From contig JBBTCT010000026.1 of assembly GCA_038060895.1 (NCBI GenBank), forward strand, positions 39,386 through 103,385: a stretch of DNA of 64,000 nt. The letters are read 5' to 3'. Below the pieces are notes generated by a model. The model saw only the letters and a program-made list of their open reading frames with translations. It was not told where the DNA came from and did no database searches. The DNA is from Planctomycetota bacterium (GTDB lineage Bacteria > Planctomycetota > MHYJ01 > WSZJ01). Both the position numbers and the translations under genes were made by a program. Positions 40,342-49,780 of this stretch are shown piece after piece; position 1 is the first letter of the stretch; each line of letters opens with the position of its first letter.

Positions 40342-42621
40342 TCAAGGCTGTCGCTTAGGAAATCTTTCGGGATCGATCCTGGTTCCGTCAGAGTAGGGGA
40401 TGGCCCTTTGATCCAAGCCGAACTGCTGGTAGACAATTTTCAGCACACGAAATGCAGCGAGCCCAGGATCCACAGAGATGCTCTCAACCTCTTCCCAGAA
40501 CTGATCCGTCGGGGAATCTTGCCAAGTGTTGGCAAGTCCGCCCCACTCGAGGTCGAGGACGCCTGGACAGAGCCTGGTCGGCGGATTAGAAATCCTGAGG
40601 TCGGCCATGCCTACCCCGGCGATCCACGTCCCAGAGCGTGGTTCGGTGGCCGGTACGATGTGATTTAGGAACAGGAGGAAGAAACAGTAGGTCGATTCCA
40701 CAAGAACAAGCGGGTGAATGTTGTTCGCCCCATCCTTGTCATTTGAGGATCGCGACAAGAACTCCCGCCCGGCCCTACAAGACCAAGTGAGAAGACCAGA
40801 GGGCTGCAGGCTACGGCAGTGCCTTTCATGAACGGCCCTGATGCCCCCTCCGGGCAACGTCACAGGTGTCTTCAGGTCGCCTACGCTGAATCCGTCTGGC
40901 CGAGCAAGAGGAGGAGTTTCAAACGCCTTTCGCACTTCACTCCCCGAGTAAAGGCCCAGACCCTGAACAGTGGTTGGGCCGACAGGTCGCGCCTGAAGGA
41001 AGTACCGCCGCTCCCCTGCCAAGCGACACGCTGACCAATCGTCCCGAAGGGAATTCCCCACCTCGGAATTTGGCAACACCATCCCTTGCGCAGGAAGAGG
41101 TGCGACGGCAGGAGAAGTAGGTTGGTATCTCATCAGCCAAGATCTCGAAGGAGTTGCGGGAAGTCCCGCAGGATCTAGCGCAGTTGTCCGAGACTTGGAC
41201 CGTCGGATTGCTCTTGGAACAGGGGTCGAGGTCGATGTTGCCAGGGCGGGGCGTTGTTGCAACCCATTCAGCGCGTTCGGGTCCGAGAACACAAGTTCCG
41301 CCAGAGACGACGCGGCGGCAGCGGCCATTTCCTGATAGCCGCTGTGCTTTCTACCGTCTGCCCAGTCACAAACTCCCTTCACGACGATCCATTCAGTCTT
41401 GTCGCGCGAAGCTGCTGCGAACACGCCCGCGCCCTCCATCTCCCCACCGATTGCCTCGGGGTACTTGATCATCAACTCGCGCTTGAAAGCTGGGTTGTCG
41501 ACGAGCTTTTCCCCTGAAAGCAGCCTGCCGCCGTGAAACTTCACATTGGATCCATCTGGTCTCGCGAAGTCCCAGTTAAGAACATTCCGAAAGCGGTTGA
41601 GCAGTGTGAGTCCGGTCAGCGGAATCGGATCGCGGGGAATCCTCACCTCTCCGACCCGCTCCCCTTCATAGGGAACGAGGTGACTCGCGACCAACACGTC
41701 CGCTGGCTGGTGTCGCTTCCGATCAGCGCCGAACGCGATCCCGAGCAAGACAAGGGCTGTCGGTTCCCACAGCTCCAGGGCGGACCGGGCAGTGTGCGTC
41801 GATCCACTCGGGCCGCCTGAACCCATGGTGCACATGGTTACTGCGGTCCTGAACGCTCCAAATCGTCCCAGAAAATAGGTCTCAGGACCTGAGGCGATTT
41901 TCTGAATCAGTCTCGCTGGTGGATCGGGTCGGAGCAGACGAAGTATCTGCTTCAGCTCGGTATCGGTTGCGCACATGAGAACAAGGTCCACGGGCTTCTG
42001 GGTGTTCCCCACAGGCAATGGAACACTCTTTAGTTTTGGGAGCTTCGGATCGTGCCACTCCATTCCGATCACGTCGTACACCGGGTCTTCGATGAACTCA
42101 GGATCATCATCCGTCTTGTTTTTCGCGCCGGCTGAGGTCGAGGCCGAATCTCCAGCTGGGCTTGCTTCCTCCTCTTTGCCTTGCGTCACGATGCTGGGGA
42201 GCTTCGCGTCGACCTCTGCATCGGGCGATGGCGTCGTGAGCGCTTCGGTCCCTCTGCCGGGGCCTGCCGTGGGAGGAACCAATCGAACCACTTCACCGTC
42301 AACTGCCATGCTGAATCCGTCCTTGCTCAGGAGATTGGTGAGACGCAGGCGAAATCCTTCGTCGGACCGGCCCTCGGGGCGATTCAGAACGAGTTCCATC
42401 AAGCGGAGGAGCTTCTCGGTGTGGGACGGACTATCGAGCCTCACCGTTTGAAAGTACCCCCGCACCAGCGTTCGGCGTTCACCGACTCCAACCTTTGGGG
42501 TTGATTCCCCCATGTCGATGTCGGCTTCTTCGAAACACTGGCGGATGGTTCGCAGCACATGCTTCGCGGCGAAGTGATCCTCGATGGCGTTCATCAGAGC
42601 CTTTGCCTGCGTGAGCGGCAT
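40342..42621 (-). CDS. Multidomain protein: Abi-type N-terminal domain, purine nucleoside phosphorylase/MTA-SAH nucleosidase domain, and unknown C-terminal domain
   Basis: LLGIAFG, SGEKLVDN, GGEMEGAG and VVKGVCDWADGRK are PNP_UDP_1 effector-clade motifs. Confidence 0.8.
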   Translation of the reverse strand: MPLTQAKALMNAIEDHFAAKHVLRTIRQCFEEADIDMGESTPKVGVGERRTLVRGYFQTVRLDSPSHTEKLLRLMELVLNRPEGRSDEGFRLRLTNLLSKDGFSMAVDGEVVRLVPPTAGPGRGTEALTTPSPDAEVDAKLPSIVTQGKEEEASPAGDSASTSAGAKNKTDDDPEFIEDPVYDVIGMEWHDPKLPKLKSVPLPVGNTQKPVDLVLMCATDTELKQILRLLRPDPPARLIQKIASGPETYFLGRFGAFRTAVTMCTMGSGGPSGSTHTARSALELWEPTALVLLGIAFGADRKRHQPADVLVASHLVPYEGERVGEVRIPRDPIPLTGLTLLNRFRNVLNWDFARPDGSNVKFHGGRLLSGEKLVDNPAFKRELMIKYPEAIGGEMEGAGVFAAASRDKTEWIVVKGVCDWADGRKHSGYQEMAAAAASSLAELVFSDPNALNGLQQRPALATSTSTPVPRAIRRSKSRTTALDPAGLPATPSRSWLMRYQPTSPAVAPLPAQGMVLPNSEVGNSLRDDWSACRLAGERRYFLQARPVGPTTVQGLGLYSGSEVRKAFETPPLARPDGFSVGDLKTPVTLPGGGIRAVHERHCRSLQPSGLLTWSCRAGREFLSRSSNDKDGANNIHPLVLVESTYCFFLLFLNHIVPATEPRSGTWIAGVGMADLRISNPPTRLCPGVLDLEWGGLANTWQDSPTDQFWEEVESISVDPGLAAFRVLKIVYQQFGLDQRAIPYSDGTRIDPERFPKRQP

Positions 42622-42756
42622 CAACGCCTCCGAGAGAAAGCAATTCAGATAGCCCCGATGTTATCCGGGCAGCCCCGCACGACAACCAAGCCTTCCCGTG
42701 CATGGACCTTCTCGCGCTTCTTATCTCGCGTCCCGCTCTCTACAATCCGGCGTCTC

Positions 42757-42830
42757 GTCCCCGTAGCTCAGTTGGATAGAGCGGCAGTTTCCTAAACTGC
42801 AGGTCGTGCGTTCGAATCGCACCGGGGACA
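42757..42830 (+). tRNA. tRNA-Arg (anticodon CCT)
   Basis: Full cloverleaf: GTCCCCG/CGGGGAC acceptor stem, GCTC/GAGC D-stem, GCAGT-TTCCTAA-ACTGC anticodon arm, GTGCG-TTCGAAT-CGCAC T arm. TACAAT at 42741. Confidence 0.97.
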
Positions 42831-42971
42831 TCCGTACAGCTCGGGAGTGGCGTTTCATGTGCGTCCTGGCCGTCGCTGACCGAGGTGTGCGGGGCACCTC
42901 GGTGAGCGGGATCGACGCAATCTTGGATTCTCATGTTCCACCGGGTTATCACGGCGGGGGCGAGGGAGCAA

Positions 42972-45848
42972 ATGGTGCTGAAGCGCGGTTCCGAGTGGAA
43001 CAGGTGGGACCCCCACATTCACACTCCGGGTACGTCCCAGGCCTGCGAGTTCCCTGCCGACGGCTGGGCAGACTACGTCACCAGGATTAACTCGGCAACT
43101 CCAGCCGTGGTCGCCCTCGGCATCACCGACTACTGGTCCATCGAGAACTACGTGGAGGCGCGGCGGCGCTGGCAGGCTCAGGAAATGCCGGGGGTACAGC
43201 TGTTGTTCCCGAACGTAGAACTGAGGCTTTCGGTACACACCGAGAAGGCCAGGGGAATCAATGTGCATCTTCTCTTCTCACCCGATGACCCGTGCCACGT
43301 CGACCTGATCCGAGAGCGGCTAAGGGCGCTGACGTTCGAGTACAAAGCCCACCCGTACCCCTGCGACCGGCCGGGACTTGTTCGCCTCGGTGCCGCACAC
43401 AACGCAACTATTGCTGACGAGCAAAAGAAATACGAAGAGGGAGTGAAACAATTCAAGGTCGAGTTCACCGCGCTCCGGGACTGGTATCGCAAGGACGAGT
43501 GGCTTCGAAAGAACTGCCTAGTTGCAGTCGTGGCCGGGACGAACGACGGCACGAGCGGAGTGAAGAAGGACGATGCGTTCGCCGCGTATCGAAAAGAGGT
43601 GGAGAGGTTCGCGCACATCATCTTCTCCCCCAGACTTGGCGATCGGCAGTTCTGGCTTGGAGAAAGCGCTCTTCCACACGAGGAGTTCGTCAAGGACCAC
43701 GGGGGCCCCAAGCCGTGCCTTCACGGCTGCGACGCCCACGGACCAGCAAGAGTTTTGCTACCGGACGATGATCGGCTCTGCTGGATTCGAGCCGAACCCA
43801 CTTTCGAGGGCCTCCGCCAAGTCCTATTCGAACCCGGCGATCGAGTCCACATAGGTCCGGATCGCCCTCGCCGTCCCCGATCTAACACTGTCCAGTCCTT
43901 GGTTGTTTCACAGGCAGACTGGTTCCCGGCAACTCCAATCGAGCTCAACGAGGGCCTCGTCGCGATCATCGGCCCTAGAGGATCCGGGAAAACCGCGCTA
44001 GCCGACATGATTGCGACCGGCACCGATGCTTATGAGGAGGGGCCCGCTTCGTTTCTCGGGAAAGCGAAGGATCTCGTCACCGGTGCCCGAGTCCAATCCA
44101 TTTGGGAGGGTTCCGATCCTCCTGAGTCCCCTCGCTGTGTCGGGGAACCTCCCGCGGTGGCCCCGCGGGCTCGCTACCTGTCTCAGCACTTCGTTGAACA
44201 ACTCTGTTCGGGGGAAGGCGCCAGCGAAAAACTCGTGCAGGAGATCGAGGCAGTTGTGTTCGCAGCGATCGAGGAACCTGAGCGCCTTGGCACCGTCTCG
44301 TTCGAGGATTTACGGGAAACGTTGACTCGCACAAGTTCCGAACGGATCGCAATTTATCGAGCAGAAATCGTCGCCTGTACCACGGAGATCGCGAGAGAGA
44401 ATTCCTTGAAGGCCACTCTCCCCGCGATCCAAACCAGGCTGGTATCGATCGACGCGGAAGTGAAGGGCGTCGCGAAATCTCTGGCCGCCACCGTCGTTCA
44501 AGGAAAGGAGAAGAAGTTCGCCAAGCTCCAGGAACTGCAGGTTGCGATCGTCAAACAGGAGAACGACCTCGGAACCTGGCGCGACTTGGAGCAAAGGCTC
44601 GCGGATCTGGCGAGCCGCGTTGACCAAACGGAGGAGCAGGCGGAGGAACTCCACGGCCAGTGGAGCCAGGAACTGCGAGAAATTGGTTTCACCGAAGTCC
44701 AGATTGCAGGGTTCCGCCGCAGGTACGTGGGTGACGTTTCCACTCTCATTCGTGAGCGACGTCAGCAGGTCGCGAAAGAAATCGACAAACTCAGAGGTGT
44801 GCCGGCAAGCCAGGATCCGGCCAAACCATCTCTCCCGAAACTGTTGGCAGAGCGGGATGCGGTGCAGAAGGAGATCGCTGGGGATGCCCAGCGAGAGCGC
44901 CAAATCGCCGAATTGCAGCGACGGGATCAGCGATTCAAGCAGGAGTGGAACAAGCTCTCGGCCGAGATCAAGCACATCGGAGGAGTCGGGGCTCGAGTAG
45001 ACGCCCTTCAACGGAGACGACTCCAGAGGTACGCCGCGATCTTCCAGGAGCTACGCCTGCAGAAGGATAGCCTTGCCAAGCTCTACGAGCCTCTTGCGGA
45101 GCGCTTGAGCAAGAGTCCGGAGGAGCGACGCAAGCTGGAGTTTTACCTGCGCCCCGAAATCGATCTGGAGTCGTGGACGAAGCGCGGCGAAAGACTCCTC
45201 GACCTGCGAAAGAAGTCGATTTTTCAGGAAGAAGGGGCCGTCGCGCGAGAGGCAGTCAGGTGCCTGTTCGAAGCATGGAGAAGCGGTGATCCGGCCTTGG
45301 TGGAGGAGGGGATGAAGGAATTCCTAACGCACTTCCCCAACATCAGTCAGCTTCTCGCACCCACAGCTACCCTCCCACAGTTCGCGGAGTGGTTGTTCGC
45401 GACCGACCACGTCCGACTGAACTACGGCATCAAGTATGAAGGCACGGAGATCCAGCGATTGTCACCAGGCGCACGCGGCATCGTCCTGATGATCCTCTAC
45501 TTGGCGCTGGACGAACTGGACGAGCGACCATTGATCATCGACCAACCGGAAGAGAATTTGGACCCACAGTCGATTTACGAGGTTCTTGCCGGTTATTTCA
45601 AGGACGCCAGAAGGAGGAGGCAAGTGATCCTGGTAACCCACAACGCCAACCTCGTGGTGAACACGGACGCTGACCAGGTCATCATCGCTCAGGGCGTGAG
45701 ATCGAAACCGGGAGCCTTGCCTACGTTCACTTACGAGGGAGGCGCGCTCGAAGACCCGAAGGTACGCCAGCAAGTGTGCAGGATCCTCGAGGGTGGAGAG
45801 AAGGCGTTTCGACAACGCGAGCGTCGCTACGGGCTTTCCCAAGACTAG
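42972..45848 (+). CDS. PHP domain-SMC/ABC ATPase fusion (TrlF/Ppl-like)
   Basis: RGSEWNRWDPHIHTPG, GITDY, GCDAH, Walker A GPRGSGKT, coiled coil, LSPG signature, IIDQPEENLD and VTHN. Confidence 0.88.
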   Translation: MVLKRGSEWNRWDPHIHTPGTSQACEFPADGWADYVTRINSATPAVVALGITDYWSIENYVEARRRWQAQEMPGVQLLFPNVELRLSVHTEKARGINVHLLFSPDDPCHVDLIRERLRALTFEYKAHPYPCDRPGLVRLGAAHNATIADEQKKYEEGVKQFKVEFTALRDWYRKDEWLRKNCLVAVVAGTNDGTSGVKKDDAFAAYRKEVERFAHIIFSPRLGDRQFWLGESALPHEEFVKDHGGPKPCLHGCDAHGPARVLLPDDDRLCWIRAEPTFEGLRQVLFEPGDRVHIGPDRPRRPRSNTVQSLVVSQADWFPATPIELNEGLVAIIGPRGSGKTALADMIATGTDAYEEGPASFLGKAKDLVTGARVQSIWEGSDPPESPRCVGEPPAVAPRARYLSQHFVEQLCSGEGASEKLVQEIEAVVFAAIEEPERLGTVSFEDLRETLTRTSSERIAIYRAEIVACTTEIARENSLKATLPAIQTRLVSIDAEVKGVAKSLAATVVQGKEKKFAKLQELQVAIVKQENDLGTWRDLEQRLADLASRVDQTEEQAEELHGQWSQELREIGFTEVQIAGFRRRYVGDVSTLIRERRQQVAKEIDKLRGVPASQDPAKPSLPKLLAERDAVQKEIAGDAQRERQIAELQRRDQRFKQEWNKLSAEIKHIGGVGARVDALQRRRLQRYAAIFQELRLQKDSLAKLYEPLAERLSKSPEERRKLEFYLRPEIDLESWTKRGERLLDLRKKSIFQEEGAVAREAVRCLFEAWRSGDPALVEEGMKEFLTHFPNISQLLAPTATLPQFAEWLFATDHVRLNYGIKYEGTEIQRLSPGARGIVLMILYLALDELDERPLIIDQPEENLDPQSIYEVLAGYFKDARRRRQVILVTHNANLVVNTDADQVIIAQGVRSKPGALPTFTYEGGALEDPKVRQQVCRILEGGEKAFRQRERRYGLSQD

Positions 45849-45942
45849 AATTGAGACCGGGGCTACTCTTCGGAGAAGGCGCGGCCGAGAAGCGCCAGAA
45901 ACCACCGTAAACAAAGGACCGTGCTAGTTCCTCAGGTTCTGA

Positions 45943-45985
45943 TTCCTGAGCCGCATGTCATGCGTTCGCGTCGCACCGGGGGACA
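45943..45985 (+). pseudogene. Decayed 3' half of tRNA-Arg(CCT) (att remnant)
   Basis: TTCCTGAGCCGCATGTCATGCGTTCGCGTCGCACCGGGGGACA aligns to 42789-42830, and both are followed by TC. Confidence 0.8.
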
Positions 45986-46084
45986 TCTGGGTACGAGGGA
46001 CACCGCGGGGGCCTGACGCGCGCAGGTGATCGTACTTCGAGGGCTGGAGTTGCCACTGCGGGTCTTGTCGAAGGAGGTGCGAGC

Positions 46085-46345
46085 TTGGGTTTCTACTATC
46101 GAAAATCAGTCGGACTGGGTCCGTTTCGCCTGAACCTGAGCAAGGGCGGCTTCGGTTTCTCGGCCGGTGGCCCAGGATTCAGGACGGGCATCTCTTCCTC
46201 GGGGAGGAAGTACCAGACCTTCTCAATTCCGGGGACGGGGCTGGGATATCGATCGTCTGGGGGCAAACGAGGTTGCGCGGTCACCTTGGCGACGCTGGCC
46301 GGGATTGCCTGTGCTGCCGCCGCAACCGCAAGGGGCTTCGCATGA
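46085..46345 (+). CDS. DUF4236 domain protein
   Basis: AGGAGG RBS plus TTG start. GFYYRKSVGLGPFRLNLSKGG..SIPGTGLGYR. Confidence 0.85.
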   Translation: MGFYYRKSVGLGPFRLNLSKGGFGFSAGGPGFRTGISSSGRKYQTFSIPGTGLGYRSSGGKRGCAVTLATLAGIACAAAATARGFA

Positions 46346-46647
46346 TCTCTTGGAAACGCACACTTCGAACTCCACATTCAGAACGCTTCCTGGCCGTGCG
46401 CGAAGGGCGGGAAGTGGCTGCCGTCGACATCCACTACCTTCCGAACGGGCACGCGAGCGGCACGGTGATCCTGCTGCGATCGGCGGGGTGGAAGGAGGAA
46501 GAGATTCCGAAGCTTCTGGCCTCTCTTGACGAAGATTTCCTACCGGATGTGGACTTGCTTCAGGGAACGCTGACGTACACGGTGGTCATGGGAGACGTGG
46601 TAGGCAATTTCGAAGCGGAAGAAAAAGCGGATTCGGCAAACAAGTGA
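46342..46647 (+). CDS. Hypothetical protein
   Basis: ATGA-coupled to the DUF4236 gene. Globular composition. Confidence 0.7.
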   Translation: MISWKRTLRTPHSERFLAVREGREVAAVDIHYLPNGHASGTVILLRSAGWKEEEIPKLLASLDEDFLPDVDLLQGTLTYTVVMGDVVGNFEAEEKADSANK

Positions 46648-46810
46648 TGAATCGCCGGAACCGAGCCTTCCCAATTGTCCCTCTCCCCGCCGAAATCGCC
46701 AGAGGACCAGGGTCCCATTCGTCCCCCGAGTCGGACGCTGATTGTCGAGGGGAAAGGAAGCGCGAGTTAGAAGCGCCTGGCTCCTCCGAAAAGAGCCGAC
46801 CCGAGGAACC

Positions 46811-47761
46811 ATGAACACCTCGAGCGTCGATTCCGTCTTTGCGATCCTGGTTCTGGAGTCGAACCTGATGACCCGGGATCAGGTGGACCACCTCTTGCTG
46901 GAACTTAAGACAGGTGATTCGGATGCGAAGGTCCCGTGTCTCTCGGACCTCTGCCTCCAGCGTGGACTTCTCACACGTGAACAGGTTGAGGAACTACATC
47001 TGCGAGTCGAGTTCTCCCTGATGCGCGAGCGCAACACGGCGCTCGGCGCCCTTGTGGTCAAACGGGGATTTGCGAGCATGTCCGAGGTTCAGGAGGCGCT
47101 CGGTGAACAGCAGCGATACTTCGCCTCGGAGCGGAAGTTGCCCCCGCCCATCCTGGAGATCCTGGTTGGCATGGATCTTCTGACCCGGCAGCAACTTCAG
47201 GAGCTTTCAGGCATCGATTCACAAGCCCCTCCATCTGGCGAAGAGCAGATCCCATTCGCCTCGATGCCAGCCACTCTCGCGCGTTGTCCGGCGTGCGGTA
47301 TAGGAATCAAGAGTGCAGATTCCCACTGCCCGCTCTGCAAGGCCGAACTCCCTCGAACTCCGAATCAGAACGCCACAACCCCTTCGGATTCCACAAAGCC
47401 GGTCCAGTTTGTAAGTGAGGCCCTAACCACGACTCTTGCGGTAGCTACCGCCCATGAGGAACGCCCGCAGCCGGCGGATCCACCTTCCGCGCCACAGGAG
47501 GCCGATCAGCTTTCGCCCGGCGAGCAACTCTCTCGTGTGGAGCAGGTCACATCTCACTGCCTGGGCTGCGGCAAGAAATTACGGAACGTGATCTCGTGCC
47601 CCAGGTGCCCCGGCACTTTTTGCTCTGAGGTCTGTGTCCGGAGGCACTTCAAAGCCACCGGTCATAACATGAGTGGCGGCTGCCTCATTCTTCTTGCCGC
47701 AACGGCCGTCGCTGCTGCTTCGGGCTTGGCCGCGGCGCTACTGGTAGCCGCAATACCCTAG
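46811..47761 (+). CDS. Hypothetical protein: helical N-terminal repeats, zinc ribbons, C-terminal TM
   Basis: GAGG RBS. LGALVVKRGFASMSEVQEAL, CPACG..CPLC and CLGC..CPRC..FCSEVC. Confidence 0.65.
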   Translation: MNTSSVDSVFAILVLESNLMTRDQVDHLLLELKTGDSDAKVPCLSDLCLQRGLLTREQVEELHLRVEFSLMRERNTALGALVVKRGFASMSEVQEALGEQQRYFASERKLPPPILEILVGMDLLTRQQLQELSGIDSQAPPSGEEQIPFASMPATLARCPACGIGIKSADSHCPLCKAELPRTPNQNATTPSDSTKPVQFVSEALTTTLAVATAHEERPQPADPPSAPQEADQLSPGEQLSRVEQVTSHCLGCGKKLRNVISCPRCPGTFCSEVCVRRHFKATGHNMSGGCLILLAATAVAAASGLAAALLVAAIP

Positions 47762-47780
47762 CCCGCCTCCGGCCGTCCGC

Positions 47781-49136
47781 TCAGCGCTGTCGAAACACCA
47801 GGCTGTCCTTGAGGAGGGGCGCGCGGCCGGTACTGCCGATGACGCGTCGGTACTCGATCAACTGCTCGTACTGTCCCATGACCGTCATGGTGACTCCGTC
47901 GGGTACGTGACTCAGGTCTTCGCTCGCCTCGAAAGCTACGTAGTCCACCTTTCCGACGCGAATCAGGTGGTAACCAGATTTCGTTCCCTCGTACTCCCCG
48001 GAATATAGACACCAGGTCCCCGGTGCGTTCTCGACAAGCCCGAATTTCCCCCGGAGATCCCGAGCCTCGTACATGATCACGGCCTGAGTTGCCGTTTCCG
48101 GGGAGACTCGGCCTCGCAGCCCCTTGATGATGCCCTTCGCTGCCACCACCAGTTGATCCACTTCGGCCTGAGTGTCTTCACAGGCGATCGAGTGGAGAGT
48201 GGGGTCGACTCCAGTCAGGTCGATTCCGGGCTCACTTCCCATGAACCGCGTCGCAAGGTCCAGCGCGTCCTTGAATCTGCCGGCAGCATTCGCTTCGGCC
48301 GCAGCGGCGTAGTGCTTGAGCCTGAAGTACGGCAGCCGCCTGGAGTACACGCAGGCCTTGTCCGTCACCGCTTTCGCCAGCTTGCGGAAAGGCTCGCGGT
48401 ACTCCGAGACCTTCGGATGTGGCACACCTTGGCAATTCAGCACGTTCTCTGGCTTGTTTTTCTGCATGGTGGAGATGCTCTCGCACAAGGCAACGAGCGT
48501 GGTGCGAAACGAGGCCGGCTCCCAACGAATCGAAGCGACTTGGTCTTTCGCTTTGGCCCAACTCTCCGCCATGCGTCGGGAAGCGGCGTTCCGGTCGGTG
48601 TTCAGGGACTTCTGTCCCATGACTTGATGGTATTCCGCGATGGCATCGACGATCTTCTTCGCCTCAGCCTCGACTTGCCCCTCGAACCAGCCGCCCTGTC
48701 GGGGCATGCCCGGGAGCTGTGAAAAGTCAGGACTCTTCAACTGCCTGATGCACGCCTGCCTGAAGTCAGCTACTTTTTGTACGACCATCGCGTTCTTCTT
48801 CCCGGAGTCGCTGTTACGAACGTACTTCTCGAACTCGTCGAGCAGCGTGTTCAGGGCCGGCGGTTCGGAAGATTCGACCATCTGGCTTGGCATGACAATT
48901 TCAGGCAGCGCGCTCAGGAGAGTCGCCCTTTCCTGCTCGTCAAAGTCCTTCCAGGGATGTTCCGAGTCGAATGCGCGTGCGCGCTCGACCAGAGGCGGGA
49001 GTTGAGTCTTGGAGGAACCGCCACCCGTGCCGCCGCCTCCCGCCGCCGGGCCTGAACTCGGAGCCTTGGAACATCCGCCGATTGCCACCACTGAAATCGT
49101 GAGCAGCCATGCAGGCACGTGAGACCTGACTGTCAT
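47781..49136 (-). CDS. Hypothetical lipoprotein
   Basis: VVAIGGC lipobox, Gly linker, long ORF. Confidence 0.65.
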   Translation of the reverse strand: MTVRSHVPAWLLTISVVAIGGCSKAPSSGPAAGGGGTGGGSSKTQLPPLVERARAFDSEHPWKDFDEQERATLLSALPEIVMPSQMVESSEPPALNTLLDEFEKYVRNSDSGKKNAMVVQKVADFRQACIRQLKSPDFSQLPGMPRQGGWFEGQVEAEAKKIVDAIAEYHQVMGQKSLNTDRNAASRRMAESWAKAKDQVASIRWEPASFRTTLVALCESISTMQKNKPENVLNCQGVPHPKVSEYREPFRKLAKAVTDKACVYSRRLPYFRLKHYAAAAEANAAGRFKDALDLATRFMGSEPGIDLTGVDPTLHSIACEDTQAEVDQLVVAAKGIIKGLRGRVSPETATQAVIMYEARDLRGKFGLVENAPGTWCLYSGEYEGTKSGYHLIRVGKVDYVAFEASEDLSHVPDGVTMTVMGQYEQLIEYRRVIGSTGRAPLLKDSLVFRQR

Positions 49137-49303
49137 GGCGCTTCCCCTTGATTCCGCATTCGACTTGGAAATTCGAAAACCCAGACCCCTCTGAAAGAAC
49201 GCCGAATCTGATCTGGCCGCCGTTGGGAGCCTGGCCGGCGGCGGCCTTGGTGTGGAGCGAGTGCCTCTCGAATAAGGATCCTAGTCCCCGGGACGAACTG
49301 AAA

Positions 49304-49723
49304 TCAAGAGCCGTCCAAGGCCTCGTCGCAAAGAGCGTCCGCTCGGGCGTTGGCCCATCGAGGTAGGTGAAGGAAAGTCACCACGGCGAAACCAGCGACC
49401 AGGCGGTGTGCCTCGGCGGCGAGATCGATGAGGTTTGCGTTCTTCGTCCCGTACTCCTTCTTCATCTGACCGACGAGAACTCGGCTATCACTTCTCACCT
49501 CGAGTGTCGACCGGCCTGGATCCAGCAGACATTTGCGGGCCTGGCGGAGTCCGCGAACCAGTGCCAAGTACTCCGCCTGATTGTTGGTAAGACGACCCGC
49601 GAGTTCGCCCTTGGCCATGAATTCCCTCCCACCTCGGAGGAACACGATTCCGGTCGAGGCCGGGCCAGGATTCCCCCGCGAGGCACCATCGACGTAGACG
49701 ACGAGATCCGGCGGATCGGTCAT
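49304..49723 (-). CDS. Ribonuclease HI family protein
   Basis: All four acidic residues present: YVDGASRGNPG, TNNQAEY, RSDSRV and NARADAL. Confidence 0.92.
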   Translation of the reverse strand: MTDPPDLVVYVDGASRGNPGPASTGIVFLRGGREFMAKGELAGRLTNNQAEYLALVRGLRQARKCLLDPGRSTLEVRSDSRVLVGQMKKEYGTKNANLIDLAAEAHRLVAGFAVVTFLHLPRWANARADALCDEALDGS

Positions 49724-49780
49724 CGTGAATTCTACCCATGGTTACGGTGCCTGTCTGACGTCGAATCTTTCTAGGGCCGC

